A stretch of DNA of 64,000 nucleotides from Psammoneis japonica (Eukaryota), in NCBI GenBank assembly GCA_008632985.1, contig QPGO01000019.1, forward strand, positions 744,001 through 808,000, read 5' to 3'. The position numbers were made by a program, and so were the translations under genes. A model generated the notes under the pieces. That model saw nothing but the letters and a program-made list of their open reading frames with translations, was not told the origin of the DNA and ran no database searches. Shown in pieces: positions 1-8,704 of this stretch. Numbering within the stretch: the stretch's first letter is position 1; the number at the start of each line of letters is the position of its first letter.

Positions 1-1020
1 TGCGGACGGTGGCATTGAAGTGACAAGCGGCAGTCTTGGCAACTTTGTCCTGTGCTGCGGAAACAACAATTTTTCCAACAGTGCCGTCATGATGGCATTG
101 GCCGTGAGCAAACGGGCCACAGTGGATGACACCGGAGCAACCATTCTTCCTCCTGGTGCTGCTGCCAGAGAGAAAGATGGAACAATGTGTTGCATGCTTT
201 GGTTCCATGCCAACGGCACTGTCAGCTTGGGAAATCTCATCATGCCAGCAACGTCACATCCGATTTGCAAGGTTGGAAGGAAATTGGTTGTTTGGAACTC
301 ATGGGTGGCAGTCACTGTTGAATTGAGGAACCCGGCAGTGTGACAGGAACCAATCAAGAGAATTGTGACATGCGCTGCTTTGTGGCACCCATTTGCAACG
401 CCTGCGACACGGGAGGACTGAACTTTCCTTTCAGCTGGGATTTGGAACGGATGGAGTTCAAAACCTGCTCTTTGATGCGGGTGGCACAATTTTTCCGGGA
501 ACAATGGTTTGTCCCATCAACAGTTGTGATGTGGAAGCCTGTGTGAATTCACACCCTCGTCTTGGAATGGTCACTCACATTTGTCTCAAAGAAACCAAAG
601 TGGTGGATCAGGTGACGGGCCGTGTTTTTTTTGGGAGTGACTTGTCAAAAGGGACCCGATCTTCCATGCCATGCCACCAAGGGACCTCGTCTTTGCGGCT
701 GTTGTGGGAGTCCTTCGGATTCGTTGGAATTTCTTTTGCGCAATTGTGTCTTTCCCAGTGGTGAAGAAGAAGTCACTGGCTCTCCCACGAAACAACCCAC
801 ATCCTCCGCCTCCTTTTTGCCAACTTGGACAATGCATCTCATGGTGGTGACCCTGTTGGTGACTCTCATGTCGGCAAAACAATGACACCACACATCTCTG
901 TTGCAATAAATTCATGGGGATTGCAAAAACTCTCAACAATGAGTCCAGATGAGAAGAGTGCAGTGACCATCCAGATTTGAACGGAGAAACCAGCACAGAG
1001 GTGTTGCATTGCGAAACTGC
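1..1020. other. TpA-depleted degenerate block (origin unidentified)
   Basis: Almost no TA dinucleotides until ~1023, where TA reappears abruptly (aggtagaatg...caggtagtaa agtagagg). ORFs in all frames are Cys/His-rich and nearly Tyr-free. Confidence 0.7.
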
Positions 1021-1387
1021 AGGTAGAATGATGCTGGCAGCAGGTAGTAAAGTAGAGGACGCGATTCACATCATTTGAGATAGCTAATGTGAAGCAGAAG
1101 CTCTGCTCAAGTTGAAAGGAATCGAATGTTGCAACATGGAAACAGTCTTACACAAAACTTTTAACTTGGGCGCGCAGGACCGTTTTGACACTTTTTTTGC
1201 CAATTTTACGAATTTTTATTTTTGATGTGACATTCCGATAAACAACCCAAAAAGACGAAAAATAAAGCGCGCCAAAACGTTGGCCCACATGGACTGCGCA
1301 TTTTTTTTTTCCAACACACATTGAACATCATAACGCAGACACAACACACAACACACAATACAGGCATCAAAAGGTCGACAACACATC

Positions 1388-2452
1388 ATGGGAAAGAAAA
1401 GCCGTCGCAACCGCATCAAGGGCAAGATCAAGTCAGCGGTAAATGTGCCTTTAGCTCAAGAAGAAGACAATCATGAGATCGTGGGCAGCATGCAGGCTGT
1501 GGTCTTGAAATTGCGAGGCGACTTTGTGAAGAACGCTTCGGCCATCATGGTGGAGCTCCTTCGTGCCTTGAACAAGGACACGACTCGTGCCGTTTGGGCG
1601 TTTGTCAAGGCTGGAGGGATTGATGGTATTCTTGTCTTTATGCTAAAGATTCGCAATGACCCACTTTGCATGTGTGTCTGCTGCACGGCTCTTTCTGTAG
1701 TTGCAAATAGCTTGCCCAAAAACGCCTGTGCCGCCGCGATTGCTCAGAGCGGCGGAATACCAACTATTGTTCAAGCTATCCGCCTTGTAATCATGTTTGG
1801 AATTCCAAAGGACATGGAAACGACCTACATGAAATGTATGAGTCGCGGTGTGGGCCTCGTGGGAGAGTTGGCGAATGAAGACGTGACGGCCGTACAACGC
1901 GCTGGTGGCATTGCGGCTATTGTCGAAGTCCTGCAGTATCCTTTTACAGATGAAGAAACGAAAAGGATGATGCATCACAGTGCTGTACACTCGCTAGTCT
2001 CAATCATGATGGCGACAAGAGCTGTTGATCTCCCGAGTGTCCTTGCGGAAACGATCCGTTGCGGTGGAGTTCCCACCCTCGTCCGTTGCCTCAAGCAGTA
2101 TCCCCATGATTTGGATATTCAAGCACCCGGATGCGCCATCATGGCGGTGCTTGCCAATCCACAAGTGGGTGGTAATCCATCTGCAGTCCTTGCTGCAGGA
2201 GCGGACAGTGTCATGGAGATGGCTCTAAAACTGCACAAGGGAAACTACGACATGCAGTCGTACGCAGCGGATGCGCTTTTCTCGTTGAACGAGGTCGTTC
2301 CTCAATGCCAGTGTTGCGGAAAAAAAGCCAAGGATTTGATGGTGTGTTGCCGGTGTGAAATTGCTTGGTATTGCAATAATAATTGCATTTTGAGGGACTG
2401 GGTGAAGCACAAGGAGGCGTGCAACCACGCTCGCTGGAAGCATCGCTACTAA
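1388..2452 (+). CDS. Armadillo-repeat protein with C-terminal MYND zinc finger
   Basis: Single 354-aa ORF. ARM-like motifs (FVKAGGIDGIL, AQSGGIPTIV, RAGGIAAIV, RCGGVPTLV) and C-terminal CQCC...CCRC...YC...C...W..HK..C matching zf-MYND. Confidence 0.85.
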   Translation: MGKKSRRNRIKGKIKSAVNVPLAQEEDNHEIVGSMQAVVLKLRGDFVKNASAIMVELLRALNKDTTRAVWAFVKAGGIDGILVFMLKIRNDPLCMCVCCTALSVVANSLPKNACAAAIAQSGGIPTIVQAIRLVIMFGIPKDMETTYMKCMSRGVGLVGELANEDVTAVQRAGGIAAIVEVLQYPFTDEETKRMMHHSAVHSLVSIMMATRAVDLPSVLAETIRCGGVPTLVRCLKQYPHDLDIQAPGCAIMAVLANPQVGGNPSAVLAAGADSVMEMALKLHKGNYDMQSYAADALFSLNEVVPQCQCCGKKAKDLMVCCRCEIAWYCNNNCILRDWVKHKEACNHARWKHRY

Positions 2453-3329
2453 CCCCCATGCTTGATACCGTTTGTGGAGAAATCCATAATTTTGTGTCGA
2501 CCCTATTTGCTTCGATGTATGTGTTCAAGATCATATAATGCACTCTTTTGTGAATCGTTTCACCTGCTTGGAGCCGGGGAAACGTCACGACAACGTGCAT
2601 GCTTTGGGCTATAGTTTCACTCGCATACGGGCCTTCGTACAAGTGTTTTCGAAAGATTTGTTTCGCTGGCTTGTAGTAGCCGGTAAGACGTTCAGCAGTC
2701 AGGTACCAATATGCATACCATTGAGTGTTGTGGCTATAATATAGAGGTCTCAGTTTTTGTGTCACTTTCAAGAATGTGTTGGTATTTTAAATATCTATAG
2801 CTTGCTGGCTCTGATCGTTGCTGTGTGAGTAAACCTCATACTTTGGATGGAGCACAAGGTGCAGTTGTAGGAAGAAAGCAAGCTACAGGTGGCTGGAGGA
2901 CTTTTTCTAGACGCACGCCGAAACTGGTGAAGAAAGGGACCACTTTCTGACCCCAGTAGGCTGCAAGGGTGTGATTCAGAAAAATAAATTACTGAAGTGC
3001 CGCTGAAAGTCGTTTTCATAGCAGTTGGGAGCTCTCACAGTGCACACTGACATGATCGAATGATCGTTTAGCTAAGAGCAGAGAGAGCTGTACGGTAGTG
3101 TAGCTTCGCCTTTTTCGAGCGAATGAGGGCACGATAAACACCAACCAGCTAGAGTAGCTTCTCTCTACTAGAGTAGAGCTACTCTCTCTAGATAGTAGAG
3201 AGTAGTTAGCAACGAAAGATGGTGCAGTACAAGTACCAACCTTGCATTCTTGTTACAGTATTATCCCTGACCAGGGTTTTCCGGTACCAATGACCACTGA
3301 GGACATTGAAAACATTAAAATGTTGAGGC

Positions 3330-4414
3330 GCTGTGGGATGCCACCGCTCGGATGACGCAAACCCCTTGAATATTCTGACGCAGTTTTTGACCAACATAAC
3401 CGGCACCGTTGTCGTACATAATAACGACAAATCCCGCGACAGCCCTACCCTTTCCCGCGTCCTCCATCGCCTGCCGTGTTTTCACATATCCTGCTAACGG
3501 CTCTTGAGCTTTGTATACACGAAATCAGCAGTGGGGGGCATTTCAGACTCAACTTGCTTCAGTTCCAATGTCACCACACTCGTGTCGGAACTAAATGTGA
3601 CATCTGTCCGCTTTCCGGTCGCTGGCAATTTGCCCTCTTGGCTTGTCCGTGCAATGTCCTGCAGAATGTCATGAGCCTCCGTGACGACGTGAGACTGGAA
3701 TTGAAGCTCCAAGACGTGATCATTGGAGTCTGATGAAGCCCACCCCATGAGTCTTGCCATGTTGCTTTGCGAAATGGAAGTCACAAAGTCCACCAATGTC
3801 TCTTCACCATGGGCACGCAAATCTTCCGCGGACTCCAGTGCAACCAACTTTTCCAACGAAGCTCGCAAGGTCTTCAGAAGGGGTTTGAGCAGGTTCTCGT
3901 GGTGGAACTCAGATGCAATGGTGAAAGCTGGGTTGTCGGTTGATGTCCCCAAGGCTGACACCACACCAACATGAACTGGCAAAGCAAGGTGGTCACTGAT
4001 GTCAATGGTTTCTTGCAAGAGATTCTCCAAACTCAGCTGCTCCTTGATCTCATGTCTTGGTCCTGAAGCTGTCTCCCCATCGGCCAGTTTGTTTGCCACT
4101 GGGCGCAGGTTCCTGCCATTGCACAAGACGTTGAACAGCAATGACGGAACCGGCTCCCATGCCAAACCTCCTGGCACCTTGCCAGTGGATGAGAATTTTT
4201 GTCGTTTCGTTTCCTTTGTTGGATCCAGCAACACATTCATCATGTGATTGACACCTCCGGTGTGAGAGAGAGGCTGACTCTCTGGAAATCGAAGGTCATT
4301 GAAGTTGCGCTTGAGCAAAGTCTTTGCCAGCTCCAGTGCACTCACTGGAAGTGACCCAGCCAGTCCGGCGACCCAATTTGCAAATTGCCCTGGTGTCGGG
4401 GTCATCCAATGCAC
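3330..4414 (-). pseudogene. Degenerate PD-(D/E)XK nuclease-like gene, copy A
   Basis: ORF 3494-4414 ends in GKRTDVTFSSDTSVVTLELKQ (R-x-D...E-x-K nuclease-like motif). It continues after a frameshift as ...QEPLAGYVK...AVAGFVVIMYDNG. His/Cys occupy expected Tyr positions (SEFHH here versus SEFYR in copy B). Confidence 0.55.
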
Positions 4415-4971
4415 ACAGTCAACAACAGGAAAGAAAATGAATGCTTTGTGGTCACAAGAACAAGAAGTCTCTGCTGTGGCCCAAGAATCATTGTTGTTGT
4501 TGTTGTCATCATTTCAGCAGTGGCTTGTTGTTGTTTTGCCATTGTTCCTTTGTTCATCGGCGCGCCACCTTTCTTCCCCCAGCTCCTCTTTCCCATCATT
4601 CCAACGGTCTTCTTTGACAATTGCAAGTAAAGCAGCAGTGACACTTTGTCAACAAGGCACTTTCACAAAGTTGCGGACGTCCATTGTGTCTTTCCCTGCC
4701 TGAGGCAGGCCTGGGCTGGAACCCGGTGACAACAAGACTGTCGACAACCAAAGGAGGTCACCAAGAAGATCTCATGTCATTTGCTTTCTTCACCTGACTT
4801 GGAAGAAGGAGGTGTGAAATGTCTAAATGTTGGAACAAAAAGAGCAGTTGGCAACGAAAGATGGTGCAGTGCAAGCACCAACCTTGCATTCTTGTTGCAG
4901 TGTCATCCCTGACCAGGGTTCTCCGGCACCAATGACCACTGAGGACATTGAAAACATTAAAATGTTGAGGC

Positions 4972-6056
4972 GCTGTGGGATGCCACCGCTCGGATGACGC
5001 AAACCCCTTGAATGTTCTGACGCAGTTTTTGACCAACACAACCGGCACCGTTGTCGTACATGATGACGACAAATCCCGCGACAGCCCTGCCCTTTCCCGC
5101 GTCCTCCATTGCCTGCCGTGTTTTCACACATCCTGCTAACGGCTCTTGAGCTTTGTGTGCACGAAATCAGCAGTGGGGGGCATTTCAGACTCAACTTGCT
5201 TCAGTTCCAATGTCACCACACTCGTGTCGGAACTAAATGTGACATCTGTCCGCTTTCCGGTCGCTGGCAATTTGCCCTCTTGGCTTGTCCGTGCAATGTC
5301 CTGCAGAATGTCATGAGCCTCCGTGACGACGTGAGACTGGAACTGAAGCTCCAAGACGTGATCATTGGAGTCTGATGAAGCCCACCCCATGAGTCTTGCC
5401 ATGTTGCTTTGCGAAATGGAAGTCACAAAGTCCACCAATGTCTCTTCACCATGGGCACGCAAATCTTCCGCGGACTCCAGTGCAACCAACTTTTCCAACG
5501 AAGCTCGCAAGGTCTTCAGAAGGGGTTTGAGCAGGTTCTCGCGGTAGAATTCAGATGCAATGGTGAAAGCTGGGTTGTCGGTTGATGTCCCCAAGGCTGA
5601 CACCACACCAACATGAACTGGCAAAGCAAGGTGGTCACTGATGTCAATGGTTTCTTGCAAGAGATTCTCCAAACTGAGCTGCTCCTTGATCTCATGTCTC
5701 GGTCCTGAAACTGTCTCCCCATCAGCCAGTTTGTTTGCCACTGGGCGCAGGTTCCTGCCATTGCACAAGACGTTGAACAGCAATGATGGAACCGGCTCCC
5801 ATGCCAAACCTCCTGGCACCTTGCCAGTGGATGAGAATTTTTGTCATTTCGTTTCCTTTGTTGGATCCAGCAACACATTCATCATGTGATTGACACCTCC
5901 GGTGTGAGAGAGAGGCTGACTCTCTGGAAATCAAAGGTCATTGAAGTTGCGCTTGAGCGAAGTCTTTGCCAGCTCCAGTGCACTCACTGGAAGTGACCCA
6001 GCCAGTCCGGTGACCCAATTTGCAAATTGCCCTGGTGTCGGGGTCATCCAATGCAC
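4972..6056 (-). pseudogene. Degenerate PD-(D/E)XK nuclease-like gene, copy B
   Basis: Paralog of copy A (ORF 5136-5819), with the same frameshift plus an additional in-frame stop upstream. Confidence 0.55.
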
Positions 6057-7598
6057 ACAGTCAACAACAAGAAAGAAAATGAATGCTTTGTGGTCACAAG
6101 AACGAGAAGTCTCTGCTGTGGCCCAAGAATCATTGTTGTTGTTGTTGTCATCATTTCAGCAGTGGCTTGTTGTTGTTTTGCCATTGTTCCTTTGTTCATC
6201 GGCACGCCACCTTTCTTCCCCCAATTCCTCTTTCCCATCATTCCAACGGTCTTCTTTGACAATTGCAAGTAAAGCAGCAGTGGCACTTTGTCAACAAGGC
6301 ACTTTCACAAAGTTGCGGACGTCCATTGTGTCTTTCCCTGCCTGAGGCAGGCCTGGGCTGGAACCCGGTGACAACAAGACTGTCGACAACCAAAGGAGGT
6401 CACCAAGAAGATCATGTCATTTGCTTTCTTCACCTGACTTGGAAGAAGGAGGTGTGAAATGTCTAAATGTTGGAACAAAAAGGGCTCAGAAATGTGCACC
6501 CGTGGTGGCAACAAATGCATCAAAGTGGAGAAGATGTCACGAAACAACAACAATGTTGGCAACAAGTGTCAAAGTGTCGCTGTTGTTTCACCAGATTCCA
6601 GCAGCAGCAAAAAGCAGTCTCAGTCTCTTTCTCCAACTAAAAGGAAAAAAGAAGTTTTCACTGTCAAAAACCAGACTTGAGCCGGGCTCCATTAAAAACT
6701 GCCAGGTGGCCAGGAAGATGTTTGGAGTCTCGCAGAGGAACTGTGCCAAGATCGTGCAGCACCGGTCGATCATTTTTGGTGTTGGGCAGTGTCATGACTC
6801 AGCAAATTTGGAAGACTCTGTGCCTGGCAGAAATTGTGCATGCTTGAGTCCCACACATTCCTGGCTCTCCATGCTGGAACACCATGTTGAATTTTCAAAT
6901 GATGGGCATGAGCCAAGCCAACAAAGACATTGATGTGTGGATGAGACCATCCTTGACAATGGCTCTGCCCCCAGCACAGCAGCAAGCCAGAGACTGGCAC
7001 ACAATGTGCAACCAGAAAAAACCAAGATTGATCTGTTGAGGAACACAAGAGTGGACACTTCAGATGAAAACTCTGCTGTGCCATGCCTGGATCATGGGGG
7101 ATGCAAAGCTTGGATCACAGAATGACATGGCAAACATCCTCAATTCAATGGATGTGAAGAGCAAGCACTGTGTGACTTGCAACAACCAAGTGGCAGACAA
7201 GTTGCTTCTGACTGCTGGACAAGAAAACTGGCAAGCAAGCAAGCAGCGGCATTCAAAGTGAATGACACTAGACTGCAAACCTTTGCATTGAGCCAGCAGA
7301 AGGTCTTTGAGAGTGACCACACAAAAGATCTCCAAGAAAGTCAGTTGCACATGAGCATGCTGTCAAAAAACAACAAGAAGAAGGGTGAAAAGAAGCACTG
7401 TGGTTCCGACAGTGGAGCAGAATTTGGCCACAGAATCATTTTGATTCTTTTTCTGTTGATTTTACAAATTTTTGTTTTTCATGTGACAAAAAAAGAAAGA
7501 GTGCCAAAATGATGGCCCACATCCACCACGATTGTCATCAACAAGCCCATCAACACAATGCAAATGCACAACACAGCCGCCAAAAGATCAACCACAAA

Positions 7599-8115
7599 AT
7601 GGGAAAGAAAAGTCATCTCAACTGCATCAAAAGCAAGATCAAATTGGCAATGGTGGCAAACAATGTGCCTTTGGCTTGAGAAGAAGATGAGCAGATCATT
7701 GGCTGCATCATGCAGGCTGTGGTCTTAAAACTGCTGGGAGACTTGAGCAATGTGAATGCTCCAGCCATCACGGGGGAGCTCCTTTGTGCTTTCAACAAGG
7801 ACAGCAGCACTTGTGCCATTTGGGCATTTGTTGATGCTGGCTGGGTGCATGTTGACTGCATTCTTGTGTCTGTGTGAAAGATTCACAATGACCCGCCAAG
7901 CACGTGTGTCTGCTGCACAGCTTTTCTTGTGGTTGCCAACACCTTGCTGAGCAGCGCGCCTGTGCTGCCACAGTTGCTCTGAGCAGTTGAGTTTATCTGA
8001 CCATTGTTGGAGCAATCTGCCTCATGATCATGTTTGGAGCTCCTCCAAAGGACATAGAAATGACCTGTGTGAAAAATGCATGGGCAATGGTGCACAAGTT
8101 GCGCAGGTGAGGGAA
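7599..8115 (+). pseudogene. Degenerate, truncated paralog of the ARM-MYND gene (1388-2452)
   Basis: atgggaaagaaaagtcatctcaactgcatcaaaagcaagatc matches atgggaaagaaaagccgtcgcaaccgcatcaagggcaagatc, and catgcaggctgtggtctt is shared. It has a TGA at 7677, indels and TA loss. The flanks are also homologous (7460-7520 to ~1205-1290; 8180-8530 to ~2935-3285). Confidence 0.85.
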
Positions 8116-8704
8116 GAGAAAGCAAGCGCCGCAGGTGTGTGCTGCCCCTTTTTCCAGATGCATTTCACCACTGGTTGAGATTGGGGCCAGTTTCTGACCC
8201 CAGCAGGTTGCAAGGGTGATCACTGCAGTGCAGCTGAAAGTCATCTTTGCAGCAGTTGAGCTGTCATTGGAGCTCTCACAGTGTGTGCCAGCCAAGGACA
8301 TGATCGAACGATCATTTGGCCACAAAGCAGAAAGCTGCATTGCAGCCTGGCTTTGCCTTTTTCGAGCAAATGAGGGCACGATAAAACACCAACAGGCTAG
8401 AGCAGCTTCTCTCTGCTGGTGGAGCTACTCTCTCTAGTGCTCTATTTAGCACGGAACTAATGTGGCACAGGTGCCAACCTTGCATTCTACCGGTGCTGAG
8501 CGAGCTGTCACCTGATCAGGGTTTTCTGGGTTGCAGGCGCCCGCCGCGCGCCTGCGCGCTCACCGCACTGCTCATCTCTTCTCTTTGTTTCATTTCTCTC
8601 GCGTGAAAAACTGCTTCAACGCAAATAGCTTCACTTCTGGGTTCTGGGATTACAGAGCCGCTTTGATCTGTATCTTATCGTGTTGATGCATCACCTTTAG
8701 CAAG

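Larger units (their letters stand above)
3199..6482. repeat. Tandem duplication, ~1642-bp unit (copy A 3199-4840, copy B 4841-6482)
   Basis: Near-identical ORF pairs offset by 1642 (3494/5136, 4299/5941, 4385/6027). Junction tggaacaaaa|AG|agcagttggc with 2-bp AG microhomology. Confidence 0.95.

Noticed and set aside
3520..8390. Classical RIP or 5mC deamination as the cause of the TG/CA excess
   Set aside because: RIP would enrich TA. CpG decay is present but minor in the aligned segment (1 of ~19 CpG versus 16 of 19 TpA).
8533..8575. Helitron 3' end (GC hairpin)
   Set aside because: No CTRR terminus at the expected distance and no matching 5' TC end identified.
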